DNA of 64,000 nt from Octopus bimaculoides (Eukaryota). The translations under genes and the position numbers were made by a program. Position 1 is the stretch's first letter. Every line of letters begins with the position of its first letter. Location of the stretch: contig NC_068988.1 in assembly GCF_001194135.2 (NCBI RefSeq), positions 24,522,296 through 24,586,295 of the forward strand, read 5' to 3'. The notes below the pieces were generated by a model, which ran no database searches, was not told the origin of the DNA, and saw nothing but the letters and a program-made list of their open reading frames with translations. Positions 1-13,682 of this stretch are shown in pieces.

Positions 1-1196
1 TCATCATTACAATCATCATCAACAACTCCTGAATATTACTGTCTCGAGTTCTAGGACTCACAGAGTCGGTCATCCGCGTTCCATGGGGTATAAGTGACCG
101 AGATCACATCACTCCAACCCACCCCCAACAAGACGCCCGTCCTTCGCAGGGTCACTTGTTTTACAGCTAAGTAGACTTGGAGCGACATGTAATGAAGTGT
201 TTTGCCCAATAGTACAACACATCACCAGGTCCGGGAATCGAAACCCTAACCACTAACCACTAACCACTATGCATGGCGCGTTATATATGCAATAAAATGG
301 ATGTAATATATGTAAGAAGTGGATAGTTATTTGTGAGTGATGGGCGTAGACAACATTGAATTAACGGTCGAAGAAGCAGAAAGGAGACACAATGTATCTT
401 GTGAGGCGGTGATGTGTAGAGAGTTGGTGAGTGAATGTTTGTCAATGAACACAGGAGCCCACTTCCTTTTTTTGTGTAAACTTACATAATTTTAGAACGC
501 ATGAATTAATAATTACATAAAATGATTGCTGTGAACAATGCCATCGGGTTAACAACTATACTATCAACAACAGCGGTTATATTTCATTTCCATTTCACGT
601 TGTCTTCAAAGGGTGTGACACAAATAATTTGAAATACCGCACTCTCCACCCAACACATTCTGTTGCATTATTTTCTACATATTTCGTTGAGCAAACTGTG
701 AATTATTTGCCACACCCGGTGTGCTTTTGTTAAATTTTTGTGCAGTTTTTTTCTCTTCTTTTTCTATTTTTAATGAAAGAAATTCCTTCCAATAGACAAT
801 GGAAAATTAAATAATGAAATAGTAAACGAAAAAGAAAAAAGAACACAGAGAAAAAGCGATTCGAAACGTAAATAAACTATTACATAAAGAAAAACAAAGA
901 AATTATTTTCGTTTTTCAATTAAATTATATCCTTAAGACAACAGAATAATAACACATTCAGAATGACTACTACTGCTACTGCTGCTGTTGTTGATGCTGC
1001 TGCTGCAAGGGCTTTTAAATATATGCAAATAAAGAGTGATAGATGGAGGTTGCAAAAATATTTGGGGATAACTAAGACACATAAAATCGAGAAGAGGAAA
1101 TTAAAATGGTTATAAAATGGAAATATTAAAAGACTGCTATTTGTTAAAAACTGAAGCTAATAAGGCTATACTCTTTTACTCTTTACTCTTTTACTT

Positions 1197-1374
1197 GTTT
1201 CAGTCATTTGAATGTGGCCATGCTGGAGCACCGCCTTTAGTCGAGTAAATCGACCCCAGGACTTATTCTTTGTAAGCCTAGTACTTATTCTATCGGTCTC
1301 TTTTTGCCGAACCGCTAAGTTACGGGGACGTAAACACACCAGCATCGGTTGTCAAGTGATGTTGGGGGGACAAA
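1197..1374 (-). mobile_element. SINE family B 3' part (tRNA head plus CORE-like ccttgggcaagtg in full copies)
   Basis: agcctagtacttattctatcggtctcttttgccgaaccgctaagttacgggg; also at 13405-13585, 32020-32215, 37890-38240, 39345-39550. Confidence 0.85.
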
Positions 1375-2463
1375 NNNNNNNNNNNNNNNNNNNNNNNNNN
1401 NNNNNNNNNNNNNNNNNNNNNNNNNNNNNNNNNNNNNNNNNNNNNNNNNNNNNNNNNNNNNNNNNNNNNNNNNNNNNNNNNNNNNNNNNNNNNNNNNNNN
1501 NNNNNNNNNNNNNNNNNNNNNNNNNNNNNNNNNNNNNNNNNNNNNNNNNNNNNNNNNNNNNNNNNNNNNNNNNNNNNNNNNNNNNNNNNNNNNNNNNNNN
1601 NNNNNNNNNNNNNNNNNNNNNNNNNNNNNNNNNNNNNNNAACTCGCCCACACGTGGGTTAGAGACCATCTCCTCGGTTAGATCAGAGAACTCCACTGTTC
1701 TGGCGATCTTCCTGTCCTTCTAGTCCTTCCCCGTCAGCACTTCGTGCGCATGATTTTCCAGATTATTCACCAGATCCATCTGGAACTGCGCTCTGATTTA
1801 AACACACAGTAAATTGGGACCTTCATCCAGTGTCTTTGCTGCATTTTGTTTGGGTTCATTAGTTTTGTTTTTTCGGTTTGCTTTTTTCCATTAGTCACAT
1901 TTTATTGTTAACCTTCATCTTCCGTTCGTTCTTTACCATCGCTAGACTTTGGGGTGACTCTACTATGAGGGCAATTCTCTGCTTTCTGATTGTTACCCTT
2001 TTGGTCGTCAGCTGCAAGCATGATACAGCAAGCATGATAATAAATTCTTGCATAAACACACGGCCTCAAATTCGTGAAAAGAACGTATAGTCGATAAAAG
2101 TGACTTTATCACGCGACTGCTATTCTTTTTTACTGACTGCCGAATAGATGAAATGTAATGTCGACCTTTGTAAGATTTGAACTAAAAACGTAAAGACACT
2201 GGACGAATAGTGCAACGACTTCTGCTGAAGTGCTAGTGATTCTACGACTTCATCAGTTTTCTTTATTGCCTACAAGAGACTACAATACAATGCAAAATGT
2301 ATCACACTGAAGGATTGTAAAACATAGCTTTACATATACAACAAATATATTTGGGAGCGCAAAAATTGAAAAACCACATAAAAACGAAGAAGTTAAAAAA
2401 AATATAAAAAATATAAACAGACAAAAGAACTGACATGTGAAGGGATGGGTAGGAAACTGCTAC

Positions 2464-2515
<52 letters not shown>
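2464..2515. repeat. (TAG)n microsatellite running into a gap
   Basis: Direct; another (TAG)n at 22519-22577. Confidence 0.95.
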
Positions 2516-3704
2516 NNNNNNNNNNNNNNNNNNNNNNNNNNNNNNNNNNNNNNNNNNNNNNNNNNNNNNNNNNNNNNNNNNNNNNNNNNNNNNNNNNNNN
2601 NNNNNNNNNNNNNNNNNNNNNNNNNNNNNNNNNNNNNNNNNNNNNNNNNNNNNNNNNNNNNNNNNNNNNNNNNNNNNNNNNNNNNNNNNNNNNNNNNNNN
2701 NNNNNNNNNNNNNNNNNNNNNNNNNNNNNNNNNNNNNNNNNNNNNNNNNNNNNNNNNNNNNNNNNNNNNNNNNNNNNNNNNNNNNNNNNNNNNNNNNNNN
2801 NNNNNNNNNNNNNNNNNNNNNNNNNNNNNNNNNNNNNNNNNNNNNNNNNNNNNNNNNNNNNNNNNNNNNNNNNNNNNNNNNNNNNNNNNGGTGGTGGATG
2901 CTGTAGTGGTGTAAATTAATGGAGAACTGCTTTAGTTCCTAAAAGACTTGAGCACCAAGAGACTTCTAAAACTACCAATCGATGATGATTTTTGCCAATA
3001 AAATATCAAAATATCACGTTCTGACATCTACTCCATGCTCTGACCAGTCAGGCTAGCTGGTCATCAAGAGAATAGAATAAAGTTACCTTTTCTTTTTTTT
3101 TTTTTTTTGCTTTCCTAGAGGAACAGAAAAGATGATGGAAATACATTTATGGATGTAAAGAACAACTATTGGCAAACTTTATAGTTATTGGTCTGACAGC
3201 AGGAAAAGGAGATGAAAAATAAAAGAAAAAACAGAAGCGTTGTATGGATTGATTGCTGGAAAGCCTTCGGCGGAAAACGGAGCTTTTGAATATTGGCGGC
3301 CATATTTAACTAAGCAGCCTCAATCCTAAAGCAGTACATCAGCCATGACATGGCAAATTGCAAAGATCAATTATGCTATCAGATAAAAGCAAGATAATCC
3401 ATCACCCCCCAGCCTTGGTTGATAAAGATGGAATACACTGTGCCGTGAGACATGGACGAAAAACGTGATACGAAACAAAAAGAGGAATCTATGACAGCAT
3501 GTGGACATATGCATATATGTGAGTGTGTATGTAAAGTATGTATGTATCTATGTATGGATGGACGGACGGATGGACGAACGGATGGGTGGATATGTATAAT
3601 ATATATGTGCGTATGCCATATATATTTGTATGTGTATTATTGTATATATATGTAAGTATGTGTGTGTATATATATATGTATGTATATATGCGTATAGGCG
3701 GATC

Positions 3705-3870
3705 ACTTAATTATGATTTTATGCAACATCCTCCCCTCTCAGATCCACGCGCTTATTGCAGCTCTCCTTCAGTTTTTCTAAGTCGTATTAAATAATTTGT
3801 ATTGTTGGCTTTGCAGCCAGGCCTTTCGCGATACCGTTAAAGCCCGGAACTTTATAGTATCCCCTCGTAT
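3705..3870 (-). mobile_element. Mariner-like non-autonomous repeat (copy A)
   Basis: Homologous to 46168-46330 (ttaattatgatttta..caacat..cccctctcagat.cac...ttattgcagc..tccttcagtttttctaag); reverse end reads TA-CGAGGGG. Confidence 0.55.
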
Positions 3871-3963
3871 ATATACATGCATATATATGTATATACATAC
3901 ATATAGACATATGTGTGTTTAAGTATAGTACCATAAACGAGATAAATCGAATTTTGTGAATCA

Positions 3964-3996
<33 letters not shown>

Positions 3997-4621
3997 NNNN
4001 NNNNNNNNNNNNNNNNNNNNNNNNNNNNNNNNNNNNNNNNNNNNNNNNNNNNNNNNNNNNNNNNNNNNNNNNNNNNNNNNNNNNNNNNNNNNNNNNNNNN
4101 NNNNNNNNNNNNNNNNNNNNNNNNNNNNNNNNNNNNNNNNNNNNNNNNNNNNNNNNNNNNNNNNNNNNNNNNNNNNNNNNNNNNNNNNNNNNNNNNNNNN
4201 NNNNNNNNNNNNNNNNNNNNNNNNNNNNNNNNNNNNNNNNNNNNNNNNNNNNNNNNNNNNNNNNNNNNNNNNNNNNNNNNNNNNNNNNNNNNNNNNNNNN
4301 NNNNNNNNNNNNNNNNNNNNNNNNNNNNNNNNNNNNNNNNNNNNNNNNNNNNNNNNNNNNNNNNNNNNNNNNNNNNNNNNNNNNNNNNNNNNNNNNNNNN
4401 NNNNNNNNNNNNNNNNNNNNNNNNNNNNNNNNNNNNNNNNNNNNNNNNNNNNNNNNNNNNNNNNNNNNNNNNNNNNNNNNNNNNNNNNNNNNNNNNNNNN
4501 NNNNNNNNNNNNNNNNNNNNNNNNNNNNNNNNNNNNNNNNNNNNNNNNNNNNNNNNNNNNNNNNNNNNNNNNNNNNNNNNNNNNNNNNNNNNNNNNNNNN
4601 NNNNNNNNNNNNNNNNNNNNN

Positions 4622-4623
4622 AC

Positions 4624-4666
<43 letters not shown>

Positions 4667-4668
4667 AG

Positions 4669-4731
<63 letters not shown>
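4622..4731. repeat. (GATA)n microsatellite
   Basis: Direct; others at 11624-11664 and 20297-20345. Confidence 0.95.
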
Positions 4732-4733
<2 letters not shown>

Positions 4734-5211
4734 CTATCTCTGACCGAGCAGAATTTTCATCAGGGGCATTTCCTAAGTCAGAGAACCCAGGTCTACATTA
4801 ACGCGTTCTTTTTAAGACGGCATTGCGTGAATTGAGGGAAAGTTGATTGCTACTTTTAGCACATTGGGCGACAACTTCAGTGCTCAGATGTTGAGCCGTT
4901 CTTAGCTCGCCTCTTGGTAATGCGTTAATGGACATTAGTCTGTAACAACTGCAGTAACATGGTGAAAGAACAAGATTCGTTATTACTTATTGGAATGGTT
5001 GAAGTTACCATATCATCATAGCAATATGTAATTAACGATGGCACGTGTGGATTATCAGATTAAAGGATTATCGAAGTGCAACAGGTGGCTGTGACGTTTG
5101 GCATAGGAATGCCGAGTGGTTCACATTTGACACCCGACTCAGACCTATGATAGGGTCAACTTTAATTTCAGATTTGGCAAAGTATTGAAATTGGGAAAAG
5201 AAGTATCGGAT

Positions 5212-5212
5212 T

Positions 5213-5256
<44 letters not shown>

Positions 5257-5985
5257 AGTGCTGATGATGATCATGATGATAGAGATATATTTAATCCAAT
5301 GCAAGACGTGTGCTGCCCTCTAGGTATATGCGAGGTGATGTGGTATTTCATCATTGCATCGACAGAGATTTTAACTGTCTTATATTACGTGGAATGTGGT
5401 GCTTGAGGATAAAATCGAGTTGAACCTATGAAGAGACTATACATGTGATCTTAGATGCAGTAAGAAGAGAAAAGGAAGAAGGGAGAGGGAATGAAGAAGA
5501 AGAAGAAGAAGAAGAAGAAGAAGAAGAAGAAGAAGAAGAAGAAGAAGAAGAAGAAGAAGAAGATGACGACGACGACGACGACGACGACGAAGAAGAAGAA
5601 GAAGAAGAAGAAGAAGAAGGTAATGGAGAAGAACAAGGAGGAAGCAGAGGAGGAGGAGGAGGAGGAGGAGNNNNNNNNNNNNNNNNNNNNNNNNNNNNNN
5701 NNNNNNNNNNNNNNNNNNNNNNNNNNNNNNNNNNNNNNNNNNNNNNNNNNNNNNNNNNNNNNNNNNNNNNNAGGAGGGGGAGGGGAGAAGGTGGAAAAAG
5801 AAAAGGAGAGAAGGTGAAGGAAAAGAACAAGGAGGGGAAGTGGAGAAGAAGAAGAAGAAGAAGAAGAAGAAGAAGAAGAAGAAGAAGAAGAAAAGAGGAC
5901 GACGACGACGAAGTAGGAGATGATGATGATGACGACGACGACGACGATGATGATGATGATGATGATGTTGATGATGATGATGATG
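5212..5985. repeat. Compound (GAT)n/(GAA)n/(GAC)n/(GGA)n simple repeats
   Basis: Direct; source of the poly-E/D/K/R ORFs in the track. Confidence 0.95.
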
Positions 5986-6764
5986 GGAGAAAAGAAGAAC
6001 AAGAAGAAATTGACAGTAAGTTACGAAATGACAGGGAAAAATGGCAGCAGTTACACAAACAACAAGACTAAACATTAACAATAATCTACTAGACAGTATC
6101 AGTAACTGAATTGATTACCGAAGGAATTGTAAAGTTAAAATATCGATTAACATATTGCTAGATATTGGGAGGATAACTAACATTACTTAGAACCGAGAAA
6201 AATACTGCAAGAAAAATACGTAACGTCTATTGTTTATACGTTGTCTTGTATATCATTCTGTGTTAAAACCAGAATAAGTGGAACACAACCATAGGTTTAC
6301 AATATGGAATGGTGATGATCTTTAACCTCGGACCTGCCAGAAGAAAAAAAAATCATCGAGTTCCTTTTAATCTAATCAATATTGTTTGTGAGAGCCTGAT
6401 GTACAAACAGAGAACTTATAAAATAAAGTATTCTACTCGGATTGATAATTCCTAACTAGTAGTAATTCTCAAAATTCCCCCAAAACGGAGAAATGGCATT
6501 CAGCCAACACATCGACATTTGCGACAATGACAAAAATACAAGCTTCAGAATTTTTCCCCTCTACCAAGTCAGGGACGATACAATTCGCACATTACAGATA
6601 CAATCTGTAGGTGGAACAGTTAAAATAAGCAAGACTTTTCTGAAGTTTAAAATGTGACATTGTCTTCGTTATCTACATTCCAACAATGGAGTTTTGTATC
6701 TTTGTTAGAAACGAGCTTCTTCCTCAGAAAAAGAATTTAAATAATTAAAATCAGAAGAGAATAT

Positions 6765-6985
6765 ACAGACATACAAACTTACATACATACGTACATGTAT
6801 ACACACATACATGCATGGATACATACATACATACATATATGCTTGCATACATACATGCATACATATGCACCATTATATACATGCATATACATGCATGCAT
6901 GCATGCATAGATACATGCATACATACATACATGCATACATAAATACATGCATGCATGCATACATACATACATACGCACATGTATC
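6765..6985. repeat. Degenerate (CATA)/(TGCA) minisatellite-like tract
   Basis: Direct; similar TA/CA/TGTA tracts at 22720-22945, 31400-31990, 50588-50735. Confidence 0.9.
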
Positions 6986-9706
6986 TGAAGATTGCCCAAT
7001 TCTATTAATTAAGAATGTAACAAGCAACAGTTTCTAGGAAAAATTGAAACACAGAATACAAAAACAAAATGAAAAACTCAGAATTAAGGAATAGCAATTA
7101 CATAGTTTTGAATCTGATAAGACTAAGAACGTATATGAAACAGATAAATCTATTTAGCATACATCTTCATCAAACTCAGTAAAAAGACAGGAAAAGCACC
7201 TAACGTGAATACTTTTGATAACAAGCAGGAAAAAAGGTAGCTAATGATATAGGAAATGTACTGCAAAACAGAACATGTTTCGCTCAGACTCCCATATTAC
7301 AATTTGAAGGACCATAAAAAGTAATCTTTGGACAAACCCATTTGTTAAGTTAATTGAATCAATGAAAGCTTTCATTAGATTCAATAGCGAAGTCAGCCGT
7401 GAAAGTATCACAACTAACTTTAACGAGGTCTTAGCCCTATCATTATGAATGAAAAACCATTTTTTTAACAAACGCTTCTTTTATTATTTCTAGCTAAAAA
7501 AAAAAACAAAAAAAAACTGAAGTTCTAGTAATTTGGTATAAAAGATTACTACTTTTCCGTTTAAAATAATTTGTACTAATCTCTCTAAACCTTGCCAATC
7601 TAATTATCGACATCACATTTTTGGAAATTAAAATTATCCAAATTTGCATGTAAAGGTATTTCTTTATAAAACATTAAATATAAAACAGTCCTACTTATCA
7701 TTAGATCTCAGTATAAGGGGCAACAGATTCAGCTAAGATCAACGATATCGTGGTTCTCTATCCCTTATCCAAATTTAAATCCAAATTCTATCATACTGAG
7801 GCAACTCTTTATTGAAATGATAGTCTTCTGTCGTAAAGAAATGAAAACAAAACAACATTGGAGAAGATCAGGAAAAATTTTCAAGCTTTCTTAAAGGAGT
7901 AATAATACATAATATTATGAAAACTAACATCAAAACCGTCAATATCTTAGTCATCTCATTGAATCTATATAATAGTTTATATTTTTCTTACCAAAAGCTG
8001 AATGAGATACTAAAATATATACACAAAGATTATAACCATCCTAGTAATATTTCCATTGATTTAAACAAAAAGATTTATCTGACGTTATCTTATTGTCCCA
8101 AAGCCAACAAATTTTGAATTATTCACCCATAATACAATGATGTCCTCTTCTGCAGTGGATTATAAAATAAAATAATTTGTTGAAAATGCAAACCGAAGTA
8201 GAACAACAAAAAAGTTGAATATACTCTGTTACAATAGCTATTCAGTTTAGCTATAGTTACACCATTTGCAAACAATAGTCTGCAATATAAACTCCTCCTA
8301 ACATAAGAATTGAAAAATATTAATTTTAGCTATATCTAAATTCCATATTTCAAGACCCATACTTTTGCATGCAAATTAGCCACATTCAAATCGTCTAAAT
8401 TTAAGCCGTCGATTTCTAAGCCTGGTACCGCTAGCAGTAACTATATTAACACTAGTGACACTGAATGTCCTTTAATCTGTAAAAGTCAATTTAACGATAT
8501 ATATAAAGCATCAGGGGATACTAATAACATGTCTATTCTTTATATGAATCACACTAGCAACCGGTTCAAATGTAGATATTATCACCAGATTTACTTATTC
8601 CGTAGAAACAGAGATGATACATTGCTAGCAAAATTCATATGAAACTAAATAAACCACCAAATATAGTTAAGCGTGGAAGATACTTTGCTTAGCTAACTCT
8701 TATACAGGAAATGAAAAGCGTGCTATTTTTATACAGCTAATAGGTATGAAATCCTGCTTGCAAATGCATTACCCACTCAACAGACATTTAGATCGCAATC
8801 ATTATTGCTTACATAGAGCATTCAGAATTTTCAAATATTTCAACCCAAAGATATGCCCAAACAGTCAATAATTATACACAACTATTTACTTCATATAATC
8901 TGCAACTTTAAAAACGGTCAAATTTTCTACGTGTGTTCTTTAAATGAATGAGAATCTGTTGCGGCTATATTTTTAAACCAATAAAGTATTAATTGAAGAT
9001 AGATACATAGGTAAATAGAATGAAGAATAAATAGAAAGATGAATAGATAGGTATCACGAAGTCAAAGCACAAAGGAATACGTATTGTAGAGTCTGGTAAG
9101 GGTAGACACACTCACACACGTTCTTTATGCAAGCATACCAAACCTTATGATACATATTCCTTTCTACCTTTAGCTTCATGCCATCTACATATGTGTGTCT
9201 TTTTGTCCGGCTGTAGATCTATCTATCTATCTATATATCTATCTATTCATTCTTTATTTTTCCAAAATCCAACATCGATTTAAGGTTCATGTCGCAACAG
9301 ATTAACTTTATTTAACGACCACAAGTGAATATCTAGTCTAAAACCAGATATCCTATAGATATGCAAGTTTCGTTCGACACTGAAATTATAATTCCGGCAT
9401 AATAGATGCATCCTAATTTGTATAGCTATAATACGAAAGCACATACCTATTATTAAGATAGTTTCACAAATTTTTTTTTCAAGCTCACATTTTTTTTTTG
9501 TGTCATAAGCACTTAATACAGCACTATTATTAGCTAATATAATTTATACATCAGTAGCATATTTACTCTAATTATCAAATCAGGTTTCCTACAACGCTTC
9601 ATATTATCACTTTTAGAAATACTTAATTATCTGTTACTATTAGAAATTATTCTTTAGTGTTTTTTTTTTCTACTCCTTAGTAACATAGTTACTCCCTATA
9701 TTAAAT

Positions 9707-10413
9707 CAAGTTCCCAAACGCACACCAATCTTACTCGCATTCATATTATTAATGTATCTAAATTCTTGGTTACTTTCTCTACTATTTTTTCCGACCGTTT
9801 TGCTATAAGACTCTTTTTCTGAACGTTCCATACAATACTTCTACTAATCACAATATACAACATTACTCACACATCCAGAGAGAAACGTGTATATTGGTTT
9901 CAAATTTTAGCATAAGGCATTTTGCCCAACGACTTAACGCTTCTGTCAGCTCGCCACCTTAGTAAACCCTAACATTGAAAACGAAGTTGAAGGCGGCGAG
10001 CTGGCAGAATCGTTAGTACGCCGGGAAAAAATGCTTAGCAGCATTTCGCCCGTTTTTATATTCTGAGTTCAAATTCCGCCGAGGTCGACTTTATCTTTCA
10101 TCCTTTCGGGGTCGATAAATTAAGTACCAGTTGAATACTAGGGTGGATGTAATCGACTCAGCCTCTCCCAAAAACATACTGGCCGTGTGCCAAAATTTGA
10201 AACCAATATCAAAACCAAGTTCCTAAATGCTCACCATTCTGCTTATAACATGGAAATCTTACTCGTATCCATGTCACTAAATTCTTAATTACTTTCTCTA
10301 CTATTTATTTGCCATAACATTTTGCTATAAGAATCTTTATTTAAATCTTCCATATAATACTTCTAATCACAATACGCAACATTACTCACGCATCCAGGAG
10401 ATACGTGTATATT
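9707..10413 (+). repeat. Diverged direct duplication of about 190 bp (9707-9895 and 10216-10413) bracketing two SINE A copies
   Basis: Shared blocks ttactttctctactattt, ttttgctataaga, aatacttcta, caacattactcac.catccag.gaga.acgtgtatatt. Confidence 0.8.
9991..10209 (+). mobile_element. SINE family A (tRNA-derived; central gcctttcatcctttcggggtcgataaattaagtaccag, Meta-core-like)
   Basis: ggcggcgagctggcagaatcgttag...gagttcaaattcc (B-box)...; at least 15 recognisable copies in the window. A partial minus copy is adjacent at 9897-9961. Confidence 0.9.
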
Positions 10414-10813
10414 ATCTGGCATTTTTCTCGCACGAAAATTCCACGAGCAATTTAAATATCACAAAATTATGTAGTTATATAACACTAATTTTATTTTAGA
10501 TGTTTTCGTACTTATAAATTCAGCACTCAACATTGGCCTTCGTATTTTCTCATTACTGTTTCTTCAAATCATTTCTAAATCGGTCACTGAACTACTTTTA
10601 CTGTATAATATCATCTAATCATATATTCTCTCCATACGGCCATATTGATCTCCTCCTTATATTTTATTTTCTCTTACAACAATTTAAATAAGTTAACTTG
10701 CATTTTAAATTAATATTCTTTATTTAAATAAGTGCTTTGAATAAGTATTTCAAATAAATATTTGAAGACTTTAACACTCACACAGTAACAGATAAGCAAG
10801 ATGTTATAATATT

Positions 10814-11262
10814 AGTTTCAAATTTTGGCACAGTGCCAGTAATTTAGAGGCAGTAATTTAGAAGTAAGTCTATTACATCGACTCCAGTGCTTAACTGGAA
10901 CTTATTTTATCGACCACGAAAGAATAAAAGGTAAAGTCAGCCTCGGCGGAAATTGAACTCAGTACGTAGTGTCGGGCGAAATGCCGCTATGCATTTTGCC
11001 CAGCGTGTTAACGATTCTGCCAACTTACCGCCTTAAGATGTTATGATATTACCCTCTAATTTTGTCACTAGGCAAGCAGCTTTGAAAGGGAGCAGGTAGT
11101 CGTTAGTACTTACGCCAGTATATCACTTGAACTTTATTTTATCGATCCTGCGGAGATGAAGGGCAAAATCGAAGTCAGCGGGATTTGAACTCAGAATGTA
11201 AAGAACCGGAAAGCATACCGCAGTCATTTTGATGGATGATCTAACGATTTTCCCAGTTTCAC
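10814..11262 (-). mobile_element. Two SINE family A copies (10814-11036, 11060-11262)
   Basis: Reverse-complement matches to family A core and head. Confidence 0.85.
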
Positions 11263-11620
11263 CATTTTTTAACAAAATCTTATAATAAATATAAATGATT
11301 AATGTAATCTTAATATACACAACTCCGATTTACCTAAACCTAAACATTCATTTTTTATCTCAAACAATATGCTACCGTTATTTTAAATATTTAAAATATA
11401 ATCATTTTAAATAAACCGGCGCCTTAAATTGTCTTCCAAACGTGATTATCATGATATAATTTTGAAACATAAAACAATCCATCCCTCTTTATTGATGTTG
11501 CACTCTTGCAGTAAAATAACAAAACACATTTTTCTCAATTTTTTAAAATAGCATTAATGCTATATACAACTCTCATTTAAAATGCATTATTATTTCAATG
11601 TTATGAATTTTCATATAAAC

Positions 11621-11664
<44 letters not shown>

Positions 11665-11877
11665 CATACATACATACGTACATAATATTCACCTCCATGT
11701 ATGCACGGACACACACACAGATATACATGTATGTATCTACATATGTAAACACATATATTTTTCCCCTTTCCTTATATTTATATATAATAATAATATGACA
11801 ACAAAAGAATGAATGAGACCTTGATATTATGTAAAAGAGAGGAATTTATCTATAAAATATATTGTGTGACAATTAGT

Positions 11878-11941
11878 TGGTTGTCATAATAAAACTCAGC
11901 AGCTCCAGCATCCGAAACTCTGAGTTTTATTATGACAACCA
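11878..11941. repeat. 22-bp perfect hairpin with 20-nt loop inside an interspersed repeat (family also at about 60260-60335)
   Basis: tggttgtcataataaaactcag-cagctccagcatccgaaact-ctgagttttattatgacaacca. Confidence 0.85.
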
Positions 11942-13632
11942 TACAGATTTTTGTAAGTGTGTATATCTTTGCTTGTGCTTAAGCTGAAATCATTTGATAA
12001 CTTGTGTTTGTTTTAATCATCTTTAGTTTGTGGTAAAATAAAAATTTTCTTTGTCCACTTCACAGTCTAAACACAAGGTCGCTTTTCATTGGGTAAAAGC
12101 AGTAAATAAGTCTGCAGATATGCAGTTGTATATTTTTATTAATATTTAACAAAAGTAACAGAGTATAAAAATACTCATATTTTGATTTCTGTTTTCCCTC
12201 TTTGCATCAACATACCTGTTTATATATATGTATATATATATGTGTGTGGTGTATATATGTATGTATTACGTATGTATACATATACATGTGTATATATATA
12301 TATATATATNNNNNNNNNNNNNNNNNNNNNNNNNNNNNNNNNNNNNNNNNNNNNNNNNNNNNNNNNNNNNNNNNNNNNNNNNNNNNNNNNNNNNNNNNNN
12401 NNNNNNNNNNNNNNNNNNNNNNNNNNNNNNNNNNNNNNNNNNNNNNNNNNNNNNNNNNNNNNNNNNNNNNNNNNNNNNNNNNNNNNNNNNNNNNNNNNNN
12501 NNNNNNNNNNNNNNNNNNNNNNNNNNNNNNNNNNNNNNNNNNNNNNNNNNNNNNNNNNNNNNNNNNNNNNNNNNNNNNNNNNNNNNNNNNNNNNNNNNNN
12601 NNNNNNNNNNNNNNNNNNNNNNNNNNNNNNNNNNNNNNNNNNNNNNNNNNNNNNNNNNNNNNNNNNNNNNNNNNNNNNNNNNNNNNNNNNNNNNNNNNNN
12701 NNNNNNNNNNNNNNNNNNNNNNNNNNNNNNNNNNNNNNNNNNNNNNNNNNNNNNNNNNNNNNNNNNNNNNNNNNNNNNNNNNNNATATATACATTTGTGT
12801 CTGCTTGTCTATGTGTGCATAGTATACTAATGAATAAATCTAAAGTTTTAAAGCTAGAATTAAATAAGTACGCTGTTTTGTCGGAAACGGATATTGCTGA
12901 CTTTTGAACAATTTCACCGTGTACAAAAAACCCAGGGTCAACTGCACTGGTTTCAATCGTATATGCGTTTTGGTCACCAACCAATTACCATATTATTTCT
13001 GTTCATTGTATTATTGTATATATTATAACCAGTTTTATTGCATACATTATAACTACTGTTATTACTGACTATATTAAATTCTCTTTACTAACTCTCTTAA
13101 TTGCCACATTCTCAGCATTTAGTTCAATTTCATAAATTACTGATGTGATAATAGTATTTCCGTTTTTGATGCAGTAATATGCTACAAGATAAAACGTAAT
13201 CGATGTACATGCATTAATTTAATTGCTAATGGAGGGGTGTTTAACTATAATGATACCATGGATAAAACAATAGAGGTTACTCGGTTGCCGATAAAACTGA
13301 AAATACGATTAAAGTTACTAAAGCCGTTTCCCCATTTTTTTATGCATTTATGTCCTTGTATATAAACAATAACAGTCGTTGATAACATTATGAGTAACTT
13401 GTCATTAGACTGAGGCCATGCTGGAATACTGCCTTCAAGAATTTTAGTCGAACGAATCGACCCTAGTACTTATATCATTTTTTAAGCCTGGAACTTAGAC
13501 TATCGTACTATTTTGCCGAACCGCTAAGTCATGGGGATGCAAAAAATAGCAACACTAGTTGCCAAGCGGTGGTATGGGACAAACATATACACATCACACA
13601 CACACACACGTACACGCGCGCGCACACACACG

Positions 13633-13682
<50 letters not shown>

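Noticed and set aside
241-270. Telomere-like ccctaaccactaaccactaacc
   Set aside because: It is a 7-bp (CTAACCA) triplication of the tagtggt A-box region in a SINE D head, not a telomeric hexamer array.
7670-8640. Several 65-100-codon open frames in AT-rich unique sequence
   Set aside because: No recognisable motif or splice context; could be decayed transposon sequence, but I could not assign it.
12790-12984. Minus-strand open frame VGDQNAYTIETSAVDPGFFVHGEIVQKSAISVSDKTAYLF...
   Set aside because: No convincing acceptor/donor pair, no recognisable family, and a stop immediately upstream.
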